Assembly: GCA_002269645.1 (NCBI GenBank)
Contig: NIVC01000551.1
Coordinates: 372,001-436,000, forward strand
Length of the DNA stretch: 64,000 nt
Direction: 5' to 3'
From: Macrostomum lignano
Taxonomy: Eukaryota
Shown here: positions 39,953 through 53,288 of the stretch, piece by piece
Numbering within the stretch: position 1 is the first letter of the stretch
Layout of the letters: each line of letters begins with the position of its first letter
Program-made: the position numbers and the translations under genes
The notes under the pieces: model-generated
What the model was told of the DNA's origin: nothing
What the model saw: only the letters and a program-made list of their open reading frames with translations
Database searches by the model: none

Positions 39953-40909
39953 TTCTCAACATCTATGCTCCGCTCAAAGCGACCAACTGGACCTGTTGCC
40001 TTATGACACAATCAAGAATTGAGACTCTGTTTCTATTTATTTCCAGTACTTCAATAGTTTTATGCCCACATTTAAATCGACACTCTTATCAATTGTGCCC
40101 TATCAGTGGTCCGAGACCATTCTGTACAGTTTAGTTATTTTTCAGTAAGAGTTCTTCGCTCTAAGTCTTGAAATCCTAGCCAACCTAAAGATAAGACAGA
40201 CCAGCAAGACCTACAATTTTAGGTCTCTCGCTGTTTCTCCCGCTTATCTTGAGTAGCTAGGGGCGAAAGAAGTCCGCTTCTAGCAAATCTCTTGGTAGCA
40301 AGCAACAACCAACCTACGGACTAACAAGCTTCGAAAAAGCTCTTGCAAGTTCACTGAAGCTCACGGAGCCTCTTATAGCTTGAATCCTATTTTGTAAGCA
40401 AGCAAAAAAGGCTAACCTAAACTAAAAAATATGAATATTGTTCTTGCCATGAAACTTCTTATTCCAGGCCAGTTTATATGTACATTTAAACTACAAAAAG
40501 GTTACTTTATAATCAGAGTACCGAATCATCAATAGGTGTTGCCTAACAATAAATACTACTAAGATGGTTAGTAGTATAAACTAGCTAGCTATATATTGCA
40601 TACATGGCCTAAAAAAGAGACCATTTAAAGACAAAATAAAGAAACCTAACTTATTCCTATTAACTTTAAGTTTAAAGTAAATAACAGACAAATGAAGCAA
40701 TTTTGGTTTAGCAATTTTGTTTCAACACACAAGCCAACTGATATCTTTAGTGTATTTGTTTTATATCCAAATGTTAACGCTGAATTACACATTTGTTAGT
40801 AAACACATTAGAAATTTATTTACGAAAAGAAGATTAATAATATTAAATTGAGTTTTTGTTAAATATAAACTCAGTTCAAAATGAAATAGATTTGATATCT
40901 ATCTAAACA

Positions 40910-41452
40910 GTCCTGAAGACTCCATCAACCCAGCCCTGAAGACTCCATCAACCCAGCCCTGAAGACTCTATCAACCCAGTCCTGAAGATTCCATCAACCC
41001 AGCCCTGAAGATTTCATCAACCCAGCCCTGAAGATTCCATCAACCCAGCCCTGAAGATTCCATCAACCCAGCCCTGAAGATTCCATCAACCCAGTCCTGA
41101 AGATTCCAACAACCCAGTCCTGAAGATTCCATCAACCCAGTCCTGAAGATTCCATCAACCCAGTCCTGAAGATTACATCAACTCAGCCCTGAAGATTCCA
41201 TCAACCCAGCCCTGAAGATTCCATCAACCCAGCCCTGAAGATTCCAACAACCCAGTCCTGAAGATTCCATCAACCCAGTCCTGAAGATTACATCAACTCA
41301 GCCCTGAAGATTCCATCAACCCAGCCCTGAAGATTCTAGCAACCCAGCCCTGAAGATTCCATCAACACAGCCCTGAAGATTCTAGCAACCCAGCCCTGAA
41401 GATTCCATCAACACAGCCCTGAAGATTCTAGCAACCCAGCCCTGAAGACTTA
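40910..41452. repeat. 23-bp minisatellite CCAGCCCTGAAGATTCCATCAAC
   Basis: Direct tandem repetition. Confidence 0.95.
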
Positions 41453-41659
41453 CAATGATTTCAACCCTGATCACCCATGATTTAATGACGACCCATTAAT
41501 ATTTGAACACTAATAATCAATCACAATGGGATTTATTTTTAGTCTATTTACCTAACATGTAAGTAGAAAATAATATAATGTTAAGCTAAATTATAACTTC
41601 ATACATTAGGCTAAGCTACTAACAGTAATATATATTCAGACACTGTGCACGCGCCAAAT

Positions 41660-41950
41660 CTACTTGCTACCAAGCAGTGGATCATTTTGACGCTGAGCCA
41701 CTCTAATCTGTTGCGACACCAGCGAATGCGGAGTCTTGAAATCGTTATCGCAATTAGCGACGCCCATGCCTAGGCCGATTCCGGTGCCAAGGACCGCAGG
41801 CCAGGGTCTGCGACGAAGGAACAGCACAGAGCATAGGATCCCGATACCAAGGCCTGACACAGTTTTAATTGCCGTGTCAGACAGGCATCGATCGGTTTTG
41901 TTGCTAATATAGTCTTCTGTTGCTTCTCCTTTGATGCTCGACATTTGCAT
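41660..41950 (-). CDS. MICOS10: MICOS complex subunit MIC10
   Basis: KTDRCLSDTAIKTVSGLGIGILCSVLFLRRRPWPAVLGTGIGLGMGVANCDNDF matches the MIC10 pattern (DRCL, two GxGxG TM helices separated by RRR). Single coding exon; start at 41950 or 41944. Confidence 0.92.
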   Translation of the reverse strand: MQMSSIKGEATEDYISNKTDRCLSDTAIKTVSGLGIGILCSVLFLRRRPWPAVLGTGIGLGMGVANCDNDFKTPHSLVSQQIRVAQRQNDPLLGSK

Positions 41951-43084
41951 GAGAGATTAGGATAAATAGAATTGAATGTTGTTTAATTACATTTTACTAA
42001 CAGAAATAGTACTAACCGCGGCTAATTCTGCTTAACTTTGCAAAATATAAAAAGACATGCTTGACAACAGACTCACAGACATCTGTAGATCTTTTTCAGA
42101 TAAATTGTGGCCTGATCATTATTTAACTTTAACCCGATACTTTCAAGCTAAAAGTACACAAAAGTACACAACTATATAGTACAAGCCAAGTGACCCAGCA
42201 ACTAAACATAGTGCAGTTCACTTGCATCGCACTAGCCTGGTGGTCATGCCACTAACCTACACAAGTTACCCATCAAAGTGCTATGACTACATAGAAATAG
42301 GTAGCATCATGGGATCTTCCTTTTGTCATATGCCATGAAGTTGTTTATAAGAGTGCTGTTAGCACAATTGGAACCTACGTATGCTGGACCCATTTGCACT
42401 CCACTGTATCATCAAAGAGACTCGCCTGTTGTTGTGTGGACATCGCAGGGCACACAGAGACAAAGACAAAGGCAAATGACACACTACCCCTTCGGAGCTG
42501 CTTCTGGGGGGGGGGGGTGCAAGACCCTTGTTCTGACTCTGACTGAAGGAGCTTTATAAAGCTGCTGTATAAAGAAATCTAATGCAATTTCAATAATATT
42601 TCGAAAGCTCCTTCTTCACCAGAGGAAAAGATTTTTTGTGAAGAATCCTATTGAAAAATTGTCACATAGTTTTAAACAGGCTATTGTAAATAATATCTAT
42701 AGCAAATTATGCAAATAACTGATTTTCATTCCCTGGGTGTTAGAAATGGTATGTTTAACTGGCTTCACTGGCTTTGATTAGGACTGTATGCATATTGAAT
42801 TTAGCCCTTTAACTTTAGAATTTTTTGCCAAAAGTATCTGCTTTTAAAATCAGAAATATGATATACTAGGAACAAATCTGAAAATCCCACATTAATCTGT
42901 TATATAATCTGTTAAAATGTATAGCCTTAAAATTTAATCATGGTTATAAACATGTTATCTTACTCAACAAATGTCTCAAAAAAAGAAAGTTTTAAAAAAC
43001 AAGTTTTATATTTTTTTTTGATACTGATATAGTTTATATATTGATACGGGGCCAACTCCTCTATTGGCGGAGTAAGGGGATAGA

Positions 43085-43351
43085 ACTCCCATCGCCAGAA
43101 TTATGCCACTACCCCTCCACTGGAGAGGCAAAGTGGCCAAAGAAGGTTAAGAAAACAGTTTTCTGCTTTTTTAACTGACTTAATTTTGGGAATTTCAACA
43201 TTAAAATAGCCTATTTGTTGTGTAGGAAAATTTTGGATTAATATATATAAGTCCCGCATTTGAGTTGCCAGCCGTCTAGGAGGAGACACGCGTTAAACCC
43301 GGCCAGTCGATCGATCGATCGATCGACCCACTCAGCTTTAGATATAAGAGA
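43085..43351 (-). mobile_element. Possible non-autonomous Helitron-like element (5' end)
   Basis: Minus strand begins A|TCTCTTATATCTAAAGCTGAGTG followed by a (TCGA)n microsatellite, a layout typical of non-autonomous Helitron 5' ends. No clear CTRR 3' end was found. Confidence 0.35.
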
Positions 43352-45149
43352 TAGTCAGGCTGCCATATCAGATTGAATAGCTGGTGTCTAGTGAAACATA
43401 CTAGGTAGTTAGATGGCTTATTGATAGTCAAGCCACTCAGCCAGTCTAGGATCAGCTTGTGAAAATTGAATTATATTGGTGTCAACAATATTTAGTGTCA
43501 ACAGTGATGAATATTTCAGAGATAGAAAAAATAACCTCTAGCATGATGGCAACAATAAAATATAAGTGTACACTAGATAAAACCTAACCCTATGACAACT
43601 TTTGATAGCCTTTTAGTGAGATTACAACTCATTTTTAGTATATAGGATTCTCTTCTAAGAAAAAGCTAAGAAGCCAATATATTGTTATATCATAGTAGAG
43701 CTACCACTATGTATTGTATTTTATTATTTATTTCAATTTACATTTATTCCTATGTATGTAATATTCTTTGCATTGGACTTTGATTCAATCAGAGAGATCT
43801 ATCAATGGTTAAATTATTTCATTAGAGCGTCCAACTAATAAAACCACCATTTCATCACCTAGACCTACATTGTCCAGTCAATCAATAGAACTTATTTTTA
43901 ACCACCTAAACTAGACCCATGTTGTCCAGTAGGTAGACTACTATAGATTAGCCAGCAATAGTCTAGCCTGAATTAATAGACCCCTATAGACTCTGTGCCA
44001 AGCACAGTATACCTATAATGCTATATTGCATGCCACTATTTCCCCCTCTACCTAGACTAACAACTCTAGTACAATAGGGAGGGGGGCTCTCACAGATAGG
44101 ACCCACAGTCTAGATGATTCAATTGCCTATAACTATGCCTGCCTAACAGCTAGCCAAGCTACTGCAATAGGAACTAGAAGCCAGTTAGAAGACCAACAAA
44201 ACACCAAGTGACTGTTAGTATTGGACCTAGCTTACCACCTCTTTGACTGCTACTTATTCTGTAGAAATTGCAATAGTCAAAGATCACCTCTATGCCATTT
44301 TTCTATGCCAAAAGGCCATTGGCCAGTCTGCAACTAGGGCTATTCTGCATGCTAATGGCCACCCATAACTAGAGGTTGTCCCTAGCCCTGGAGCTGCCCT
44401 GCCATAATGCCAAGGTGGCAAGGCTAAAACAATGATACTAGCCCAAGATGCCACAGCTAGAGCTCAATATGGTGCTTGCCTTACAAGACATAGAGGCCAA
44501 GCTGCTAGCTGCCATTGACACCTAATGCAAAGGAATGCACAATTGAAATCAAGGGACTGTCTTAACTTTTTATTAGGGCTCTCTATACATATGGTAATTG
44601 GGCCACAATTTTTTATTTAATTTTTTTATTTAGTTAAATTTCTATTTTTTCATGTGTAAATTATACCCATGTAAAATATTCACTTATGTTGGACTTTGGT
44701 TTCACTGGAAAGACTTATCTATGGCCAAATTGGTCAATAAAAAAGTCTAACTAATGATACTGATTAAACTTATCATTCTATACCTAGACCATCTAGCAAA
44801 TAGACCCCTGCTCCTTTTACTATACCTAATCCTTCGTGCCCTAATGCCTATTACCTTTAGCTTCATATATGTGCAACAGTCAGCCAAGTTGGCCAAGTTG
44901 GCCGATCCGGCTGACTGATTTGGTGGCCAACTAAGGTAAGTTGCAAAAATGCCCACCCAAATAAATACCCAAGTAGTACTAAGTAGATAACGAGGCATTT
45001 TGCCTTGATAGGATAGTCATAGTTACTCTTGCTGTTCACCCAAAGTTGCATTAATTCTGCTTTAGGGTTTTTTACATATAAGTCACATTTTTGGCCAAAA
45101 ACTATGTCACATTTTTTGTCAAAACTAAGTCACATGGCCAACCAAATCT

Positions 45150-45811
45150 TAGAGCTCGAACGGGATCCCGATCCCGATCTCGAATTCTCGGGATCCCGAA
45201 GATTTTTCGGGAATTCGGGATCGGGATCTCGAAGGCTTAGAGAACTCGGGATTCGGGAGCACAATAGATTGATAATGAAGATGATGCTTTCAACAATCAA
45301 GAGCAGTAATCAATACTAAGCTAATTTTTGTAACAGCAACTATAAATATGTTGAAAGTCTGACCTTGAATTCACCAAATAAAGCAGCAGATTTTTACTTA
45401 GTAACAGATTTGTAAAGAGTTGTACTCGTAAATAACGAACTAACGAGTATGAGGCTTTTCACGAAGCGATTCCAGAAACAGAATTTTACAAGAAAAAAGA
45501 CGAGTATAACTTTGGCCGTCAACTTTTTCGTCAACTTTTCCATTAACTTTTCCGTTAAGTATTCCGTTAACTTTTCCATTAACTATTCCATCAAGTATTC
45601 CGCTAATTTATAGGCTATACTTTGCAAAAAGGGTCTGGAACAAGAATTGACAATATGAAAAGCCCCTCATGGGTTTATAGTCAGATAAAACTATCCTTGA
45701 ATCCTTGATTCATTAGTTAGTAAGTAATATATTCCCAGATCCCAGATTCCCGAATCCTGAATACTAATCCCGAATCCCAATCCCGAAAATTCTGCTCTCG
45801 TTCGAGCTCTA
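45150..45811. mobile_element. hAT-type MITE
   Basis: TIRs TAGAGCTCGAACG/CGTTCGAGCTCTA, exact 8-bp TSD CCAAATCT (45142-45149 and 45812-45819), subterminal TCCCGA/TCGGGA motifs. Confidence 0.9.
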
Positions 45812-46474
45812 CCAAATCTTGGAGGTGGCACATGTATGTTTAGCTTATTCCAGATACCAAAATACCTTGTCTATTATGAAGAGCCGCCCTATTATCTAGA
45901 AAAAACCCTACAATAAATGGGCTAACTTTTATTTTTCTTTTCTCCATTTTAACTTACTCTTTAAATTTATTTTTTATACTTACTTTGCATTAGCAACATT
46001 CTACACTGTGGCTCCACAAAACCATTCCCCTTACAAGCTAGGATATACAAATATTATTTTAACCCAATAGAATACTTATTTATTCATTGTTGACCTATTA
46101 ATACATAGCCATTTCTTAAGTTTTTAGTCCTAGGGGGTATAATAACTATATACTCTTAACTCTATATAGCTCTAAAAATCGGTCTATATATACTTTGAAT
46201 AGAACAAAAGTATTGTTGTTTAGGCTATAACTCTGCTAAAAAAAGCTGTTATTCCATAATTTTACACTTAAATCAAAAATGGCCATTAACAAAATAGCTA
46301 CTAAAAACTGGCTACAAGAAAAACTCACTTAAAAGTCAGACTTAAAACCATTGAGTGTCTATAGGGTATGCAATGAGCCCAGGAAAATTGCAGTCGAAGC
46401 TAGAGCCTGACAGGATGATGCTTGACTACATGAGGGGCATCCAAAAAGTCAAAAAGTCCAAAAAGACTTTTTCA

Positions 46475-47205
46475 CATTAGTCTTTTTAATCATCAGCAAG
46501 AGTAACAGCAACTGGTTTATTTCATAGTGGCTTTATTTACTAATGACACAATGAAAAAATTTTGAAAATTTCACAAACTTTTCAAAATTTATGCCTTTAA
46601 CTGCAGTAGGATAATGCATCTCAATATATGAACAGCAACTTGGATGCTGCATATGGAGCACCATGAAACAGTAAGTCAGTTGTCTTTCAAAAAAAAGTTC
46701 AAATGTCTTCCTCAATCCTCAGTAGCAACAGAGAACTTTTCAATTTGTCACTCTCAGTTGGATGCATTTCTTCCATAGGGTAAGCATGTCATTAATGGCA
46801 TGATCTATGCATGCTGCTTGTCTTGGCATTTTGTGGACAAGAACCCATTGCACTTCCTGTTCAACGCAGTCACAGTTGGCATGAACTCTGCCCCTTAGTT
46901 TTAAAGTGCCACACTAACAGTGAGCATATGAAACTTGTACCATAGATATAGAGAGTGATGATATGGCATATGCTAGAGATTTTTCACACAAGTTTGAATT
47001 TGGTTAATGTCTGAGATTTCAAAATTGTAGTTCAGTTTCAGTTCTTATTCATAAATTGAAATGCAGCAGCCCATTGCAGTTAAGGAAGCATAACTTTTAA
47101 AAAGTTTATGATATTTTTGAAATGTTTTCATTGAGTTTATTAGTAAATAAAGCTGCTATGAAATAAACCAGTTGCTGTTACTCTTGCTGACTATTAAAAA
47201 GAGTA
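46475..47205. mobile_element. Old non-autonomous DNA transposon with about 130-bp degenerate TIRs
   Basis: CAGCAAGAGTAACAGCAACTGGTTTATTTCATAG and its reverse complement flank the element; the arms differ mostly at ancestral CpG positions. Confidence 0.7.
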
Positions 47206-48379
47206 AAGTTTTAAGTCTTAAGACTATTTGAATACCCCTTATAATATCTATGCAATTTACAAACATGTTAGCACCATTTTGCATAATGATAGTATTGAAT
47301 AATAAAGATGACATTTAAAAAATTAAAACAAAATTTGAACTTGATATGTAAGACCTAACTGACATTTACAACCCTTAGACCATAGTTTAGATTGTGTATT
47401 ATTGTATATTAGGAAAAAAGTATGGGGCTTTGTTTGTATGCCTGGGACTAAAAAATGTTTTCATTATATAGGTCAAGGTTAAATATATTTAAAGGGGTAT
47501 CATGTATACATGTACATGTCATATATGCTAAGATATATATCAATTGATTTATGCTAAAAAATGGCAAGTACTCTTGTTGTACACTAGGAAATTCTAGTAT
47601 ATATGTCATTCCAAACTATAGCCTTTAGACTATATATAACTAATGACTATCTTAAACAATGTGAATATATATAATATTTACTTTTATAATTGATTATATA
47701 ATAGATTATATTATTGCAAAACCTTTTACCAAAACTAGTTGCCTATATAGGGAAAATTGACTTTGGTACACAGTATGTACCTTCCTGACTATGGTAGGCC
47801 TAGCTATTGGATTCAATTTATATCCAATAGGCAATATTGTTCTTTAGTCCTATAATAGAAAGTTCTATTAGGCAATATGTCTCCAAATAGAACTTGCCAG
47901 ATATAAATTATACAATAGGCCCTATAAAAGTTAACAGTAGGCCTAGAAATGGGATGAAATGAGATTTTTTAATTGATTTAATTCAATTCAAATATCTGAC
48001 AAAACTGATTCAAATACCAAATATAAATATTTTAGTAACAATATGCATACCTCACTGCTTGTCAATCAGCTAGTAGCCTTTGGCTAATAGGCCTGCATCT
48101 TTATCTCTTGTCCAATCAAATGCAACCAAGACCAAATGTCAACCCTACCCTTCTGAGTTTATAGGAATTAGTGCCCCAACCCATGTTCTATAAACTCAAT
48201 TCTTAATGCTCCACTTCTTCTAAAGCCTCAAAGTCTCCTAAAGCCTCAATCTAACTTATTTAAGTGCAATGTGCTTACAACTGCTCAAGCACCCCTGCTT
48301 TTCTTCAAGATGTGCCATATGTTATCCCATCCTAAATTGCCTTTTTTATTTATGAGCCATAATCCTATAATCCCATAAC

Positions 48380-51300
48380 TATGGATGCTAAAATACCAGA
48401 CTTGCCCAAAACCAGGATCCCGCTATTCAATACCAGAATTTTGCCAATATTGGTTTTGAATACCAGTATTTAATAGCTTTTTTGATATTTTAGCTTTCAA
48501 ATTTCAAAAAGTCAAATTTTATTGCATTTTTCCTATTATTTTCTTATTGTCTATCTTTTGAATGCATTGTAAATCATTTACTAAATTGTCATGACTTTTA
48601 AATCTAATCAATTTATGGAATAATAGTAATTGTTTGTACAGTAGTTATCAGTTTAGTAGCATTTTTACTAGCCTTACCTTATTGATTGCCTTATCATATT
48701 TGCCTTAATATAGTTATATTGTTCATTAAATAGATCATAAAAAATCATGTATCTTTTACTCATAAGGAAAAATAGTTTTAATTCTATTTTTCCTTATTAA
48801 CAGTAGAACTACCAAGAGGGGGGGGAAAAATTTCCCCCCCCCTGACAATTTTTTTTGCTGCGCCGGAACGGAGCAACGCAGGCACACGAAATTCAAGAAC
48901 ACGGGCTAACTTTTTGTTGCGCACCTTCTCAAACAAGAATCAAGTCGCCAACCCTCTGGACCGTCGAGATATTCGACGATTCTGCCAGAAGGTCGGATTT
49001 TTCCCATAAGCGCTAGTGTATTCAGTACACCCCTGTGCGCCAATTAGCACTGCGCCTCAGTGCAGCCTTGCCAAGTCTCCAAATTTCATCAGCACATCGA
49101 CCAAATGTGTCTGCATCAGCTCTGACTTCGTTAGTTACTGGCCTTCACCGAGACGGAGCTTCTAGACCTTCAACAGGTGGCACCAGGTGACTATGAACAC
49201 CTTGATGCGAATTTCTCGAGTTTCACCGATCAAGCCTCGACAGTAGGCAAGCCTCAACTGCCGGACACCCTCAGCTAGTCTCCTGAGCATTCCGTCATCA
49301 TCCCAACACCGTCGGCTCCTTCAACAGGTGGCATCAGGCGACTATGGACGTCCTTTTGCAACTATGTCAGGTCTTTCTTATCAAGCTTCAATAATGGGCA
49401 AACCTCAACCGACGGACATTGTCAGCTAGTCTCTCAAGCATTCCGTCATCATCCCGACGCCGTCGGCTCCTTCAACAGATGACACCAAGTGACTATGGAC
49501 ACCCTGATGCGAATTTCTCTAGTTTCGCCGATCAAGCCTCGACAGTAGGCAAGCCTCAACTGCTGGACACCTTCAGCTAGTCTCTCAAGCATTCCGTCAT
49601 CATCCCGACGCCGTCGGCTCCTTCAACAGATTACACCAGGTGACTATGGACAGCCTGTTGCAAATATGTCAGGTTTTTCTTATCAAGCTTCAATAATGAG
49701 CAAATCTCAACTACTGGACATCCTCAGCTAGTCAGTCAAGCATTCAGCCATCACCCCGACGCCGTCGGCACCTTCAACAGGTGGCACCCGGGGAGTAAGG
49801 ACACCTGAGCGTGATTTTTCATCATGCTCTTAACATTTCTGAAGCTCTCAAAATTTTTAAAGCACGGACATTGCTATAGTTAAGCTTGAACTCATGTTGC
49901 TGTATATTTATATTATTATTACACATACTTTTATGCATACGAGCTACATACATATTTTATTCGAAAAGCTGTTTAGTTTATTCAACTATAATATTGAACC
50001 GAATTTTTATGCAGAAAGGGTTATGCTTATAAGAAGCCAGTAAATTCAATCCGTTTTTTCATTTTATAATGATTCAGAAATGTTAAGAGCATGATGAAAA
50101 ATCACGCTCAGGTGTCCTTACTTCCCTGGTGCCACCTGTTGAAGGTGCCGACGGCGTCGGGGTGATGGCTGAATGCTTGACTGACTAGCTGAGGATGTCC
50201 AGTAGTTGAGATTTGCTCATTATTGAAGCTTGATAAGAAAAACCTGACATATTTGCAACAGGCTGTCCATAGTCACCTGGTGTAATCTGTTGAAGGAGCC
50301 GACGGCGTCGGGATGATGACGGAATGCTTGAGAGACTAGCTGAGAATGTTCAGCAGTTGATTTTTGCCCACTGTCGAAGCTTGATCGGCGAAACTAGAGA
50401 AATCCGCATCAGGGTGTCCTTACTCCCCTGGTGTCATCTGTTGAAGGAGCCGACGGCGTCGGGATGATGACGATGACGGAATGCTTAGGAGACTAGCTGA
50501 AGGTGTCCAGCAGTTGAGGCTTGCCTACTGTCGAGGCTTGATCAGCGAAACTAGAGAAATTCGCATCAGGGTGTCCATAGTCACTTGGTGTCATCTGTTG
50601 AAGGAGCCGACGGCGTCGGGATGATGACGGAATGCTTGAGAGACTAGCTGACAATGTCCGTCGGTTGGGGTTTGCCCATTATTGAAGCTTGATAAGAAAG
50701 ACCTGACATAGTTGCAAAAGGACGTCCATAGTCACCTGATGCCACCTGTTGAAGGAGCCGACGGTGTCGGGATGATGACGGAATGCTCAGGAGACTAGCT
50801 GAGGGTGTCCGGCAGTTGAGGCTTGCCTACTGTCGAGGCTTGATCGGTGAAACTCGAGAAATTCGCATCAAGGTGTTCATAGTCACCTGGTGCCACCTGT
50901 TGAAGGTCTAGAAGCTCCGTCTCGGTGAAGGCCAGTAACCAACGAAGTCAGAGCTGATGCAGACACATTTGGTCGACGTGCTGATGAAATTTGGAGACTT
51001 GGCAAGGCTGCACTGAGGCGCAGTGCTAATTGGCGCACAGGGGTGTACTGAATACACTAGCGCTTATGGGAAAAATCCGACCTTCTGGCAGAATCGTCGA
51101 ATATCTCGACGGTCCGGAGGGTTGGCGACTTGATTCTTGTTTGAGAAGGTGCGCAACAAAAAGTTAGCCCGTGTTCTTGAATTTCGTGTGCCTGCGTTGC
51201 TCCGTTCCGGCGCAGCAAAAAAAATTGTCAGGGGGGGGGGAATTTTTCCCCCCCTCTTGGTAGTTCAACGGGTGGAAAAATGGCTTGGTATTCCTACTGT

Positions 51301-52793
51301 TAATTGGTTAAATAAGTTGCCTTGCTTTATTATGCTTACTAAATATGTACTATTGCTTAAATTTTATTAATAATTGTCTGCCATATTTAGTAAAATTACT
51401 ATAATTATGAGCAAATATACTGTGAGAAAGAACAACTTGTGCTTGACTGCCCTGTTCTGGCGATTGCTATTAGGCCTTAGCACTAATCACAGTCTAAAAA
51501 TAGCAACTGAGTCAGCCTTGTTCATTTAGAAACATACAGTCTTTTCTCTATTTCCCCTTTTCCTCTACAAAGTGTATAGCTCCTCCCTCCTAATTTTGGA
51601 GATTGCTCATGTAGGGACCCAAAAATCTAAAAAACTGAAGCTAAAGCATTTTTTTATTTCTAGGAAAATGCAATTTAAACAAAAAATTGCAAATTTGTAA
51701 AAATACAAACATAATTTAGACCAATACTGGACATGGACCCTAATACCAGTATTGGTAATACTTAAAAAAGGCCCAAAACTGATATTTCTCAATACTGGCC
51801 TAGCTGGCCACTTTGTGGGAGCGAGTCGCAGAGTTTCTTTGGAAACGTGGTGAGAAATTCCGCCGGTATCACTGGCCGCATTGCGCGCTTTTTGATTACA
51901 CCACCACAATATCCTGCTGAGCTGGTGCTATGGATTACAGGCATCACAATTTCTGGCGTCAATTTCATGGCAACAGTGGACAAGGCGGCACTCTACCAGT
52001 CGTTCTACACAGAGCCCACTGTCTACCAGCATGCCGGCCAGCAGGTTTGCACACTGCTGGATTTCACGCTACATTGCTCTGGCACTGGTAAGAAACACAT
52101 TCCATACCAACCTAATCATAGCCACTTCGCAGCCACTAAAATGCTAAGTGACAAAGCATTTACAGTTGTCTTACTACCCTGCCTTCCTCCATCAACGGCC
52201 ATCATTGAGTCATTCTACTCAACAATATGCTTTCAACAGAAGCACGGTGGCCAGAAGAATGAAATGCTAGAGCGGCAGACGAAGCTTTGCTGGATGCTAC
52301 TCGCCGTGGATAGCCATGCCGGCAAGCATTTTGTAAAGCAGGCGGCTAAGGTGTTTTACACCAGTGATGAGGTGCGTAGCATAAAGGCACACCGTGTGCC
52401 CTTTTTTGGGCCATTTAGCTAGGCAAAAAATCTAGGGACCAGCAGCATCATTTCCAGTCGCAGGTTCCTTTCAACTCGTTGCCCGTTGTACATCAAGTTG
52501 TTCTCCAATGCCAACGATGCCGACGATATTGATGATGAGTAGTGGCAGTGCCACCTGCTCTGCCTGCCTGCCTACCTACCTGCCGGCTGCCTCAACATTC
52601 AACACAAAAGGGACCCAAAATTTGAGTTAGAATTTGGCATAGCATTGAAATTTTTTCCAGCATACATATGATATGCAACATTTTTTTGGCATAAACTTGA
52701 AATTATGGCGTAGGGGGTCATTTTTTCTAGTGTACATGTAGTAGATGTAGATTCAAGAGTGTAGATACTAGGATCCTGGTATTAGCATCTTTA
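48380..52793 (+). mobile_element. Old hAT-like element with transposase-like C-terminal remnant, hosting a nested foldback element
   Basis: Degenerate TIRs TATGGATGCTAA / TAAAGATGCTAA; near 8-bp TSD CCCATAAC vs CCCACAAT; subterminal AATACCAG motifs; degraded ORF at about 51960-52500 (IIESFYS..QKHGGQKNEMLERQTKL) recalling the hAT C-terminal E-x-x-F/Y-S motif. Confidence 0.55.
48801..51299. mobile_element. Foldback-type element (near-perfect 2.5 kb palindrome with internal 150-bp tandem units)
   Basis: Arms 48806-49843 and 50073-51266 are reverse complements around a 229-bp spacer; outer termini TTAA|CAGTAG...CTACTG|TTAA. Confidence 0.9.
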
Positions 52794-53288
52794 CCCACAA
52801 TCCCTAAAACTCTTAACTGTTCAAATCAACCAAATGCAAACTTTTTAGTCCAAGATTCCCTAATTTCTTCCTTTCATTTATGCTATACTCCAGATCATGT
52901 AATATATCATCACATATGCCCAAAAATTCAGGCATGTATTGACCTTGCATGCCAAAAGTAGACATGCATAGTTGGCATGCATCACTCTTAAGAAAATAGT
53001 GTGCATGCACACTTAGCATGCACTTTATAAAATCACATGGAATAGTCATTAAAAAAGATAAAAAATTCATTTTTAAGCATAAATTTCAAGCTTTTGTTAG
53101 TTTTTTAAGCTTGTAATAAAGCATTTGAACATATCTTTACATAGGCCTATATCAATTTTCTACTATAAATGGTATCACCAAAAAAGTAGAAAAATTAACC
53201 AAATTTAAATTATTTGCCAAAAGGGTCTATTACACAATTTAAAAAGGTCATTTATTGTTGCAATACCAACATAGGCCTAGTTTGGAGA

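Noticed and set aside
49168-50905. Regularly spaced repeats resembling a CRISPR array or a repetitive coding region
   Set aside because: Whole 150-bp units are duplicated with no unique spacers, no cas genes are present, the context is eukaryotic, and every frame examined hits stops.
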